A stretch of 62,799 nucleotides of DNA. Source: a virus. Below, in pieces: positions 19,120 to 28,144 of the stretch. A program made the translations under genes and the position numbers. The notes below the pieces were generated by a model. That model was not told where the DNA came from. It made no database searches and worked only from the letters and a program-made list of their open reading frames with translations. The stretch lies in the IMG/VR virus record IMGVR_UViG_3300028840_003424; one strand, 5' to 3'. Numbering within the stretch: the first letter of the stretch is position 1; every line of letters begins with the position of its first letter.

Positions 19120-19548
19120 GTGGCAAAACAGACGATTGCAGACCTGCAATCACAGATCAATCAATTGACTGCGCTCTTGGTGAGTCAAGGCATTCGCGTG
19201 CCGGGCTCTCTAGGGCCAGTATCGGAAGAGCCAGAAGAGCGGGCGGATTTCATCGAGTTTGGCAGTGCGCGGCATGCGTCTCTCTTGGGCATTATCGTCT
19301 TGGAGAACCTGGACGAGGCCGGAGAGCGCGAGGTCTACGAGAGCCGGACAACTGGCAAGATGTACGTTCTGGAGGATGAACCGGCAGCGCTACGGCGAGC
19401 GCCGGGGCGCTCCATCAAGGACGCGGTGATAGCTGAATTGCGACAGAAAGTCGCGCAATTCGAGGCTGGACCTCCGCCTATCCCAGAAAACGCGCCGGGC
19501 TTGTGGTCTCCTAACCCGCTCCCTGACGTGACTTCCGAGATTCTATAA
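19120..19548 (+). CDS. Hypothetical protein
   Basis: GTG 19120 with GAGAAAGG SD; the start is uncertain. Confidence 0.4.
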   Translation: MAKQTIADLQSQINQLTALLVSQGIRVPGSLGPVSEEPEERADFIEFGSARHASLLGIIVLENLDEAGEREVYESRTTGKMYVLEDEPAALRRAPGRSIKDAVIAELRQKVAQFEAGPPPIPENAPGLWSPNPLPDVTSEIL

Positions 19549-19560
19549 AGGAGCAGAGCT

Positions 19561-20505
19561 ATGGTTCAAGGTCCATTTTCTGGAACCTGGCCGCAGACGT
19601 TCAAGATCCCGCCCATGTTCGGCGGGCAAATCGGCGTGCCTGGATCGGATACGCCGCAAGGTGTGCGGCTTGCCCCTCAAGGGCTGGTCTACTATGTAGA
19701 CGCAAGCCACGGTAGGGCCAACGATAACAACGACGGCACTGACCCGGACAACCCTCTTGCGACGATCCAACAGGCGATCACGCTCAACAACGCAACGATC
19801 ACCTGGGCGAACACTCCGCCTTACGTGGGGGTAAACACGATCGTCATCTCCCCTGGAACGTATGCGGAGAATCTTACCCCTCCCTACTACTGCCGGATCA
19901 TCGGGCTTGGGTTGGCGACGGGGAACACAACGGATGTATGCGTTGACATCCATCCAGCATCGGGATCCGCTCTTGCGGGCACCGGCTTGGCATGCCACTG
20001 GTACAACATCCGTTTCACGACGGACACGGCAGCGCCGGTCATCGACTTTGGCGTGATGAACTCGGTGATTATCGAGCAGTGCGCGATCACGGACGGCAAC
20101 CCTGGACTTGCGACGGTCGGGATCGACACGACCAGTGCAAACTCAAGCTGGATCATCAACTGCGTGTTCAAAGGCAACACGAACCCCCTGACTCGCGGCA
20201 TTCGGTCGACGGGCAACTTTTACTCTTGTCGGGTGATCGGAAACGAGATCTGCGCTGTCACGACCGGGATCGACTTGTCCGGCGCGGCGCTCGTTGGGAA
20301 CGCTGTCATTGCCAGAAACATGATCTGGGGCGGCGGCAGCGTGCTGCTCGGAACCGGGATCGATGACTCGGTGGTGGGTGACTCGTTCTGCGTCGGCAAC
20401 TGGATCACGGCGACCGACGCGATCAGCCATGCCGATGCCGCGATGACGCTTGATAACCACGTTCAGAATGCGGGCGTTGGAGCGATCGAAACAGCCGGTA
20501 CATAA
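19561..20505 (+). CDS. Right-handed beta-helix (pectate-lyase-like) protein, paralog A
   Basis: AAAGGAG SD. YYVD..NDGTDPDNPLATIQQAI N-terminus and Gly/Asn/Thr-rich repeats. Confidence 0.6.
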   Translation: MVQGPFSGTWPQTFKIPPMFGGQIGVPGSDTPQGVRLAPQGLVYYVDASHGRANDNNDGTDPDNPLATIQQAITLNNATITWANTPPYVGVNTIVISPGTYAENLTPPYYCRIIGLGLATGNTTDVCVDIHPASGSALAGTGLACHWYNIRFTTDTAAPVIDFGVMNSVIIEQCAITDGNPGLATVGIDTTSANSSWIINCVFKGNTNPLTRGIRSTGNFYSCRVIGNEICAVTTGIDLSGAALVGNAVIARNMIWGGGSVLLGTGIDDSVVGDSFCVGNWITATDAISHADAAMTLDNHVQNAGVGAIETAGT

Positions 20506-20517
20506 AGGAGATCGGAT

Positions 20518-21510
20518 ATGTCAGGCGCAAACGTAAACTTTCCGATCCCCATCCTGCAACTGCCGCCCATGTTTCCGGGGCAGTTTGGGGTTCCGGGCAC
20601 GGGCTCTCCTGAAGGGATGCGCACGGACGCGATCGGGGCGATCTACTATGTAGACCCGAACGCGACCGGTGTCACTGACCAGAGGGACGGCACAAACCCG
20701 GAATGCCCCTTGCAGACCGTTGCAGCGGCCTTGACCAAGTGCAACCCGTACAAAAACGATGTGATCGTGGTGATGCCCAACAACTCATGGCAGTACGGCG
20801 ATGCTACGGATGGGCTCACGACTGCCATAGAAGAAGAGGTCACGATTGACGTTCCAGGGGTGCATCTGGTCGGGCTCTCCCGCTCTGGAATGGGCGTCTA
20901 CTGGTATCCGGCCTCAAACGCCGGGACGTGCATCACGGTCTCAGCGATCGATGTGACGATCGAGGGCTTTTTCTTCTCAGAAGGGCCAACTTACACCGGC
21001 TGTACGGCAATCTCTGCCGAATGGGACGGGGCGACCCTCTTTGGGGAGAACCTGACCGTTCGCAACTGTGTCTTTGATGACACGGTAGACATCGCGATCC
21101 AGCTAGAGTACTCCTGGTACTGTGACATCCACCACTGCCGGTTTTGGGAGTGCGACCAATACGGGGTCTACACAGCGGCCGCTGGATCCGGAACGGACTA
21201 TACCGCGATCCACGACAACGAGTTTATCGACTGTGGAACGGCGGCGATCGCGCTCTTGGGCGGCGCTGACAACAACTTCATCTACCGAAACCGCATCTTC
21301 AACACAAGCGCGCAAGGTGCAGCGGCGGCGGCAAACGAAGGTATTAACACGACCGGTGGGGCGACGAACCTTGTCACAGAAAACTACCTGTCTTGCCTCT
21401 TGCCGGTCCCCGCAAACGGCGATCTGGATGACTTTTGCACGGCAGCCGCGACGGACGCTTGGGTAGGCAACTACTGCATGAACGGCTTGCAAGTCACGAA
21501 TCCGACCTAA
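20518..21510 (+). CDS. Right-handed beta-helix (pectate-lyase-like) protein, paralog B
   Basis: N-terminal ~75 aa align with paralog A (PPMF.GQ.GVPG...YYVD...DGT.P..PL.T). Confidence 0.6.
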   Translation: MSGANVNFPIPILQLPPMFPGQFGVPGTGSPEGMRTDAIGAIYYVDPNATGVTDQRDGTNPECPLQTVAAALTKCNPYKNDVIVVMPNNSWQYGDATDGLTTAIEEEVTIDVPGVHLVGLSRSGMGVYWYPASNAGTCITVSAIDVTIEGFFFSEGPTYTGCTAISAEWDGATLFGENLTVRNCVFDDTVDIAIQLEYSWYCDIHHCRFWECDQYGVYTAAAGSGTDYTAIHDNEFIDCGTAAIALLGGADNNFIYRNRIFNTSAQGAAAAANEGINTTGGATNLVTENYLSCLLPVPANGDLDDFCTAAATDAWVGNYCMNGLQVTNPT

Positions 21511-21519
21511 AGGGGATCT

Positions 21520-22203
21520 ATGGCAACAGAAGCCTGGATACTTGAAAAGGCCACAATCGGAGAAGGGGATCAGGTTGCGAACTCGCTTGCTCAGAGGATC
21601 CTTGACCTTGCAACTTCGGTCGCGGCCCTGGACACGTCCGACATCGCGACGATCTTGGGCTACACCCAAAAGATCGACTCGCTGGCGACGGATGGGCTTG
21701 CAGGGGTCTCAAACTCGTTGGCCTATCGGGTGCACGAGATCGAGCGTCACCTGCACAGCGGTGCACGGTGGTTTGAGACGGCAGCGGTTCCAGACGGAGA
21801 GGTCCACGTTGCGGACAGCATTGGATCCGGATCCGGCGCTTTTCGGGCGGATGCTGGAAACGATACGTGGGGCTCTTGGGTACAGGTGCTTGGAAGTGAC
21901 GATACGCCAACAGTTGAGGGAAAAGCGTACTTTGATCCGCACCAACTGATCATAGAGGACACAGAGCGGGCAAGCACGTACTTTTTGCAGTTTACGCGTG
22001 GAACCTCTGGGGCGGCGGGCCTTGCGGCTGGCACCTACACCGAGCTTGTCTATGGGGCATCTGTCCAAAAAGAAACAGGAATCATCACCGTACAGACCGG
22101 ACGCGCACCTTCCGGATCAAAGCTCTGGTGGCGCGTAATGTGTCCAGGACAAAACACTGGTTGGATGGATGCCTACATAGGGATTCATGAATACGAGGGC
22201 TGA
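21520..22203 (+). CDS. Hypothetical structural protein
   Basis: AAAGGGG SD; 227 aa. Confidence 0.5.
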   Translation: MATEAWILEKATIGEGDQVANSLAQRILDLATSVAALDTSDIATILGYTQKIDSLATDGLAGVSNSLAYRVHEIERHLHSGARWFETAAVPDGEVHVADSIGSGSGAFRADAGNDTWGSWVQVLGSDDTPTVEGKAYFDPHQLIIEDTERASTYFLQFTRGTSGAAGLAAGTYTELVYGASVQKETGIITVQTGRAPSGSKLWWRVMCPGQNTGWMDAYIGIHEYEG

Positions 22204-22204
22204 T

Positions 22205-22390
22205 ATGGACGCAAGAGCACAAAAACTCGCTATCAAGCTGAAAGACGCAGAAACCGCGCACGCTTTAGTGCGGGCCGGTTTCGACACTCCAGCCAAGATC
22301 AAACGGGCCAAGGACGCGGATCTGACCACTATCCCTGGCATCGGCAAAGCGCGCCTTGACAAGGTGCGCGCAAGGTGCCCACGGCAGTAG
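22205..22390 (+). CDS. Small helix-hairpin-helix protein
   Basis: HhH motif LTTIPGIGKARLDKV; the start could be 22187 or 22205. Confidence 0.5.
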   Translation: MDARAQKLAIKLKDAETAHALVRAGFDTPAKIKRAKDADLTTIPGIGKARLDKVRARCPRQ

Positions 22391-22408
22391 GCACAGAAAG
22401 GTCTCGAC

Positions 22409-23746
22409 GTGTCAGAATCACAGGGAAGGCAATCAACGGTGCTGATTGCGATTTTGCACATGGGTCGCGTATGCACAGAACTGGCATCATGGGCGGCATA
22501 CGTAGCAGCGACAGAGCGCCGCTATCCTTTAACAATTCAGTGGTTTGGGAATGACGCGCAAGCCGTACCCCATTCCTCCAACCGAAACCGCATTTTGAGG
22601 GAGACGCCGGCTGACTTTTCCGGTGTCTTGATGTTGGACGCGGACACAGTGCCCCATCCGAGAACGGTAGACATTCCTTTGCTCGGAAAGGACATCTTGC
22701 TTGCCCCTTGTCCCATCTGGAGACCTGACGACGACTATGGACCGATTGTAACCAACCTGGTCCCCTACGGGGCCAAAGAGGGCAACATGGACGGCGCCAC
22801 ACTGCCCATTGGTGCGCCGATCGTGAGCAGGATTAAGGAAGGTGGGACCGGGTGCATCTGGATCAGCAACAACGTTATACGACACCCTGACATGCGTGCC
22901 CCGTTCAAGTTTGAGACGGACGACGATGGGATAACAGTCATCGGAGAGGATCACGCCTTTTGTCGGCGGGCAACAGAAGCAGGGTTCGAGATCTGGGGCG
23001 GCATGGCCTACGTGATGGGGCACATCAAGGCGATCAACTTGACCACCTGCTACGATGCGTTTCATCCCATCACAGGCCGGAAGCCGGAGATTGTCATCAC
23101 CGGGACCGGGCGCAATGGATCAGGGTACGCCGCAAGTCGTCTGACCGTTGCAGGTCTGCCTACCGGGCATGAATCCGTGTTCATGTATCGCGGGCTGGAC
23201 TCCGCCAAGGAGAGAATGGGCCGGGCGGCACAGTTGCGCGCCGACTCGTCTTGGATGGCAGCGCCTTATCTGGACGATCCTTTCCTTGAGAATACGCTGA
23301 TCGTTCATCAAGTGAGGCATCCGGGCAAGGTGCTGGCCTCTTGGGTTCGAGAGCCCACGCAAACCACGCCGCGCTACTGGCACTTCCTGCTCGAACACTT
23401 GCCGGAACTGGAAAAGATTGAGGACGAGATCACCCGTTGTGCTGCGCGGTATGTGCTCTGGAATCAGATGGTAGAACTGCGGGGCAACGGCAGAATCATC
23501 TACCGGTGGCGGCTGGAGGACGGAGAAAAAGGAGAGAAAGCCCTGCTCCAGACACTCATCGATCGGGAGATTCTTCCGCCTGGTGCGATGTTCCGCCCCT
23601 ACATCCCCAACAAAACGGCCAATGCGCACAATCAAGGGGCACAGCCGAAGTTTATCACGCTTGACCAGATTCAAGAACCCTGGAGATCGCATATCCACGA
23701 AATGGCGGAGCGCTACGGCTACGAGAATTGGGAGCAGGAGAAGTAG
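22409..23746 (+). CDS. Glycosyltransferase (GT2-like) fused to a sulfotransferase-like domain
   Basis: N-terminal half: VLMLDADTVP (DxD) and EDHAFCRRATEAGFEIW. C-terminal half: ITGTGRNGSGYAASRL (5'-PSB-like) and VRHPGKVLASW (3'-PB-like). Confidence 0.55.
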   Translation: MSESQGRQSTVLIAILHMGRVCTELASWAAYVAATERRYPLTIQWFGNDAQAVPHSSNRNRILRETPADFSGVLMLDADTVPHPRTVDIPLLGKDILLAPCPIWRPDDDYGPIVTNLVPYGAKEGNMDGATLPIGAPIVSRIKEGGTGCIWISNNVIRHPDMRAPFKFETDDDGITVIGEDHAFCRRATEAGFEIWGGMAYVMGHIKAINLTTCYDAFHPITGRKPEIVITGTGRNGSGYAASRLTVAGLPTGHESVFMYRGLDSAKERMGRAAQLRADSSWMAAPYLDDPFLENTLIVHQVRHPGKVLASWVREPTQTTPRYWHFLLEHLPELEKIEDEITRCAARYVLWNQMVELRGNGRIIYRWRLEDGEKGEKALLQTLIDREILPPGAMFRPYIPNKTANAHNQGAQPKFITLDQIQEPWRSHIHEMAERYGYENWEQEK

Positions 23747-24415
23747 ATGGGTTGCGGGAGCAGGTTTGCGGAGGCTTGGGAGTTTGCCGCGTTCTGGTGT
23801 GTAGAGCAGCTTCTTGCCGGGACACACGGCGGAGCAGGTCCGGCAGACGCGGCTTTGTCGGACATTACGCAACAGTTCCGCACCAAGGGAGTGCAAGCCA
23901 ACCGGGGCTTTGTTCTGTACAATGTGACACAAAGCACCAGCGGGCAAGTGACGGCTGTCACAGAAACGTCACTCACGGCGACCGGTGTCACGTGGGCAGC
24001 GGGGGACACGTTTCGGATCACGCTGATCAACGGCACGGAGATCGCCAACATCGAGCACTGGCTTGACGTAGCAGCGGGCGACGTGCACGCGGCAATGATG
24101 GCGGCGGATGCGTGCGATTGCACCTTGCGGACTGGTGCAAGTGCCTATCTGGGTAAGCTCAATATCATCGACGCTGCGGCCTACTACTCGTGCAAGTGTG
24201 CCAACACCTACATATCAGACAGCCAAAAGCAAGCGCTCTTGCAATGGGTCGGCGCGCAACTGACGATGATCGCGACCGGTGTCACGGAGCTATGCTCTGG
24301 GGAGACAGGATCAAACTTTCCGGCGATGGGATGGGCGCAACAAGCCGTCACAGACTTTGCAGCGGCGACGATTATCATCAACGATCTGATGCGTAACTCG
24401 GAGGATGCTGGATAG
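23747..24415 (+). CDS. Hypothetical protein (connector-region)
   Basis: ATG immediately after the upstream stop; 222 aa. Confidence 0.5.
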   Translation: MGCGSRFAEAWEFAAFWCVEQLLAGTHGGAGPADAALSDITQQFRTKGVQANRGFVLYNVTQSTSGQVTAVTETSLTATGVTWAAGDTFRITLINGTEIANIEHWLDVAAGDVHAAMMAADACDCTLRTGASAYLGKLNIIDAAAYYSCKCANTYISDSQKQALLQWVGAQLTMIATGVTELCSGETGSNFPAMGWAQQAVTDFAAATIIINDLMRNSEDAG

Positions 24416-24433
24416 TGGCTTGAGGCGGAGGCT

Positions 24434-24723
24434 ATGCAGCGCGGGGCGTTGCGAAAAAGGAAGAGCCGCCCCCGCCTTGGCCGGGGGAGAACGGCTGGCT
24501 ACGTATAAGGTATCTTGGAGGCGCACGTATCGCGAGAGCCTGGACCGGGCAATACACCGGTCAAGCGTATTGGTTCGGGGGAGACAGGCGGAGCGGGTAC
24601 GTCGATGCAAGAGACGGTCTAAAATTCTTGTTCCCGCGAACGACAGGCGGGGCAAGTCCGGTTTTTGAGGTCTACAATGCAAGTGTCAGCCAAGCGATTG
24701 AGCAAGCGAAAAAAAGCATCTGA
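24434..24723 (+). CDS. Candidate ~96-aa gene needing a -1 frame change at an A5 run (or containing an indel error)
   Basis: GGAGG and ATG 24434 open a 24-codon frame. The protein-like frame 24424..24723 has no start codon. The two frames join at GCGAAAAAGG (24451-60). Confidence 0.3.
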
Positions 24724-25273
24724 TTGGGGCTCTGCGGTGATCCATGAGATCATAGATGAGACCTTGCGCGAGCCTGGCTTCCAAAGGGAGCCCAAGGCGA
24801 TCGTCGCGAACTGGCGCAACAAGCCCAAGTTTACGGTTGAGGCCGCGCTGAACGCCATCATAAGTGGAGCTCTAACTGTCCGGTACATCGTCAAAGGCAC
24901 AGACCTTGCGCGCAATATCTGGCGCTGGCTGAACGAGGGCACAAAACCGCACAAGATCAGGGCCAAGAACGCGCCCACGCTCGTTTTTCAATGGGGCGGG
25001 CCGGGCAGCTACAATCCAAAGACCAAGCCGGGCGGGGCAACGTTGCAGTATGGCGGGCCGGGGACCGTTTCGGGCGGAGAGACACACAGACCGGTGGAGG
25101 TTGACCATCCGGGCAACGAGGCCAGGGAGTTCTACGTCTACCTTGGCGGAGAGTTGTTGCCAACCTGGAGAGGAAATATCCGAACGGCAATCAGTCGGGC
25201 AATGGGCAACGTGTCTCGTGGAAAGGAATACCCCCCGATTGGGGCCAGTGAAAAGGTGGTGAGGAGCAAATGA
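24677..25273 (+). CDS. Hypothetical head-tail joining region protein
   Basis: ORF 24665..25273 with first ATG at 24677. Confidence 0.5.
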   Translation: MQVSAKRLSKRKKASDWGSAVIHEIIDETLREPGFQREPKAIVANWRNKPKFTVEAALNAIISGALTVRYIVKGTDLARNIWRWLNEGTKPHKIRAKNAPTLVFQWGGPGSYNPKTKPGGATLQYGGPGTVSGGETHRPVEVDHPGNEAREFYVYLGGELLPTWRGNIRTAISRAMGNVSRGKEYPPIGASEKVVRSK

Positions 25274-25641
25274 GTGACGGTACAACAGTTGTCGAGATGG
25301 AGCCTGTAAAGGTTGTTTTTGAGAAGGGACAATCAGCGCTTGTCGAATGGGCTGACGTCCGGCGCTCGCTTGTTCCTGCAATCGAGATCAAGGCCGGGCA
25401 CGTCCGCCTTGATACGCTGCTCGAATGCCCCACCTACGGGATCGATTGGGAAGAGTATTTGAGCGTCGATCTCGACAGCAACGAGCTTGCCCTTAAGTTG
25501 CGCAAGGCTGGTATCTGGACGTTGGAGGATCTGCAAACGAAAGACCGTGTTGTCGCTCGGATTGCAGTCAATATAATCGGAAAAGCGGTCTGGGACGCGG
25601 CAAAACGCGCCACAGCCAAGGGAGTTAGAAAAGATGGCTGA
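25270..25641 (+). CDS. Hypothetical protein
   Basis: ATGA overlap with the upstream gene. Confidence 0.5.
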   Translation: MSDGTTVVEMEPVKVVFEKGQSALVEWADVRRSLVPAIEIKAGHVRLDTLLECPTYGIDWEEYLSVDLDSNELALKLRKAGIWTLEDLQTKDRVVARIAVNIIGKAVWDAAKRATAKGVRKDG

Positions 25642-27193
25642 CTATTTCACCAACAGGGGCAGCACGGTATGGGTACAGCCGGGAGGTCCAAACACGGAGA
25701 TGCGCCCCCTCCTGTGTCACGATCTTGACACGATTGACGAGCCCTTGGGGGATGTCACGCTGCGCATGTGTCGCAACCCGGACGGTACCTACAGCGTGGC
25801 GAACCGGTCCCAAGGCGAACCGGACGGGCTGACGTTTGATGTGGTCACGTGGGAAGCGGACACGAGAGACTGGCTTCAAAAGATGAAAGAGCAGAGATGC
25901 CCGTTCACCGTCTATGTCAGCAAGTCTCTCTGCGGACGCGAGGACGTCTCGCTGAACTACACGCTCATGAAGCGCGCCCCGGACGCCATGGCGACCAACA
26001 AGAGCAGTTCACAGAACGTGCGTCGACGTGCTGAGGGCGGCGAGACCTCCGAGATGACCGAAAACACGTTCTCGCTGAATGCCGCTCCACCCCTTGTCGA
26101 GTTGTACAAGCTGGACTCTTCTAACACGGAAGAGGCCGGGACAGAGGCGGAACCCTTGCGGGCGATCGCCGGCTGCACCACCCCACAATGCGATGGACCT
26201 TGCGGCGGGATCGAGTTTCCTTGCAAGGAAATCCACGTTGCGGCAGACAGTGCCGCAAGTCCATCCACAGCTAACGGCTACGTTTCGACGGACTATGCAT
26301 CGACGTTTACAGCGTGGGCGGCTAACCCGTTTGCGGGCGGGCTGGACATCGCGGCCTTGAAGTGTTTCCAGATCGACAAGGACACGGAGCGCTTGCTTGC
26401 AGTGCAAGGGACAACGGTCGGTGGCGCCCCCATGACCGTCGAGTACTCCGACGACGATGGTGCGACCTGGACAGCGGTCACGGTAGGATCGACAAACGGC
26501 GAATACGGCATGCACAGCCGGTGCTTGCACGTGCTTGACCATCGGCACATCTGGGTTTGCACCAGTGAGGCCAACGTCTACTTTTCGAGTGACAGCGGCT
26601 TGACCTGGACTGACCAGGGAGCCCCCGCCCCCGGTGCGAGCGAAAAGCTGTATGGCATCCACTTTATAGACGAAAACTATGGATGGGCAGTCGGTGGATT
26701 CAGAACAACCCCCACTGGTCTTTTCATCCAGACCACGGACGGCGGTGCTCACTGGAGTGCAGCAACGTCGGAACCCAAGGTCGAGATGGGCGTCTGGTGC
26801 GCAGTCATCGATCGCTACAACGTTTGGGTTGGCCTGGATGACGGCACGGTCTACTACACCGAGGACTGGGGAACGTCTTGGACACAAAGAACGCTCCCAG
26901 AGACCTTGACCAACACTGGAGACGGCAAGTTCCTTGGCCCTCTGACCGGCTTTATCGCCGGGTACCGCACTATCAGCGGTGCCGTGCATCCGACCATCAT
27001 GCGCACGCCCAACGGTGGCTATGACTGGGAGGTCTACGATCACGATACGTCCTTCTCGACGGCAGTGGAGCACTTTGGGATCAACGAGATCCACATTTGC
27101 AGCCACAACCAAGTGATCGGCGTGGGCGAGCAGATGACCGGGGGTGTCTCGCTGGTTTGGTACCTCAAGCCGGTTGGGGCATCCTGGGACTAG
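25634..27193 (+). CDS. Tail-tube candidate fused to a BNR/Asp-box beta-propeller
   Basis: Five Asp-box-like motifs (SDDDGATWT, SSDSGLTWT, TTDGGAHWS, TEDWGTSWT, TPNGGYDWE). Position just upstream of the chaperone and tape measure. Confidence 0.6.
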   Translation: MADYFTNRGSTVWVQPGGPNTEMRPLLCHDLDTIDEPLGDVTLRMCRNPDGTYSVANRSQGEPDGLTFDVVTWEADTRDWLQKMKEQRCPFTVYVSKSLCGREDVSLNYTLMKRAPDAMATNKSSSQNVRRRAEGGETSEMTENTFSLNAAPPLVELYKLDSSNTEEAGTEAEPLRAIAGCTTPQCDGPCGGIEFPCKEIHVAADSAASPSTANGYVSTDYASTFTAWAANPFAGGLDIAALKCFQIDKDTERLLAVQGTTVGGAPMTVEYSDDDGATWTAVTVGSTNGEYGMHSRCLHVLDHRHIWVCTSEANVYFSSDSGLTWTDQGAPAPGASEKLYGIHFIDENYGWAVGGFRTTPTGLFIQTTDGGAHWSAATSEPKVEMGVWCAVIDRYNVWVGLDDGTVYYTEDWGTSWTQRTLPETLTNTGDGKFLGPLTGFIAGYRTISGAVHPTIMRTPNGGYDWEVYDHDTSFSTAVEHFGINEIHICSHNQVIGVGEQMTGGVSLVWYLKPVGASWD

Positions 27194-27209
27194 GCTAGAC
27201 TCCACAGGG

Positions 27210-27262
27210 GACCGGGGTTGGCATGCGGGTAACTTCCCTGCTCGTGTGTCACCCCGGTTTTC
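27210..27262 (+). terminator. Putative terminator after the tail-tube candidate gene
   Basis: GACCGGGG..CCCCGGTT stem with a large, possibly branched loop, followed by TTTT. Confidence 0.3.
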
Positions 27263-27273
27263 ACGCCCGGAGA

Positions 27274-27295
27274 AAGGTATAAGGAAGGTATAAGC
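27274..27295. repeat. Tandem 11-bp direct repeat AAGGTATAAGG/AAGGTATAAGC
   Basis: Two adjacent units; an inverted partial copy CCTTATAC at 27354-61 lies on the other side of AT-rich element copy 2. Confidence 0.7.
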
Positions 27296-27296
27296 G

Positions 27297-27340
27297 AAAA
27301 ATTTAGATCCATCATGTATATTATAATGGATCTAATAAAC
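27297..27340. repeat. AT-rich palindromic element, copy 2 (degenerate right arm)
   Basis: AAAAATTTAGATCCATCATGTATATTATAATGGATCTAATAAAC; shares TTTAGATCCATCATG with copies 1 and 3. Confidence 0.75.
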
Positions 27341-27417
27341 TCACCTTCACCAACCTTATACTTTCAGCAACCTAACTTTTACCAAAGGGCCAACTTGGCC
27401 CGGAAAGGCACAGGCTC

Positions 27418-28101
27418 ATGCCTGACTTTATGCGCGTAGACGATGATGGGATTCGTCAGCGTGTGTACACCATGCTTTCGACTGGATACGAGGTTGAGTG
27501 CCTGCCGGTCGGACAGCACCTTGCAACGGTCGGATCGTCCGTTGCGGATCCTCCAAAACCGGCGCCCCCACAGTACACGATAGAGGGGGTGGGCGGGGCA
27601 AAAGAGAAGCGCGATCACGATGAGGTCAGCATTAAAGACCCCAAGACGTCTGACAAAGAGCGCGCTGCTTGGGACAAGTACCAAGAACGGTTAGAAAAGT
27701 GGGAGGCCAAGGTCGCAGAGAATCAGGCCAAGCGGGACACGATGGAGGCCCGCTTTATCGCGCTGCGTGCGATCGCTATCCCTAGTCGTCCCACGGATGA
27801 GGCCATGAAGCAGTGGGCGGAAGAGCAAGAACTGCTTTTCGGGCTCGTTCCTGACTCTGACAACGGTCTGCCGGACAAGATCAACCTGTACTTGTTTTGG
27901 ATCGCCCAAGAGGTCATTGCTACGCAGGACGATGGAAAGCGGATCATGATCGGCGTTATGCGGGCATCAGGGATGGACGCGGAGGCCATCGACCAAGCGG
28001 TCAACATGTTTTGGCCTGAGATGGGGAACGCTGGAGGATCCGGGACCGACGATACTCGAGATCCGGGAGCATCTGGGCAAGAAGAGAAAAAGGCAGGGTA
28101 A
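27418..28101 (+). CDS. Tail assembly chaperone candidate
   Basis: Immediately upstream of the tape measure; GAAAGG SD; acidic/Lys-rich C-terminus. Confidence 0.55.
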   Translation: MPDFMRVDDDGIRQRVYTMLSTGYEVECLPVGQHLATVGSSVADPPKPAPPQYTIEGVGGAKEKRDHDEVSIKDPKTSDKERAAWDKYQERLEKWEAKVAENQAKRDTMEARFIALRAIAIPSRPTDEAMKQWAEEQELLFGLVPDSDNGLPDKINLYLFWIAQEVIATQDDGKRIMIGVMRASGMDAEAIDQAVNMFWPEMGNAGGSGTDDTRDPGASGQEEKKAG

Positions 28102-28144
28102 GCCGGGGTGGATCATCACTCCGCTTTACCTGGAGGTCGAGACG

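Noticed and set aside
24405-24668. 87-aa ORF listed in the track
   Set aside because: It is extremely Arg-rich (RRRL, RRTYR, RVRRCKRRSK), unlike neighbouring proteins. The overlapping frame 1 is far more protein-like (see the finding at 24424-24723).
26009-27205. 398-aa minus-strand ORF antisense to the BNR-propeller gene
   Set aside because: It lies entirely inside a plus-strand gene that has clear motifs. Its composition is Arg/Gly/Pro/Val-rich, typical of shadow frames in GC-rich DNA, and it has no SD.
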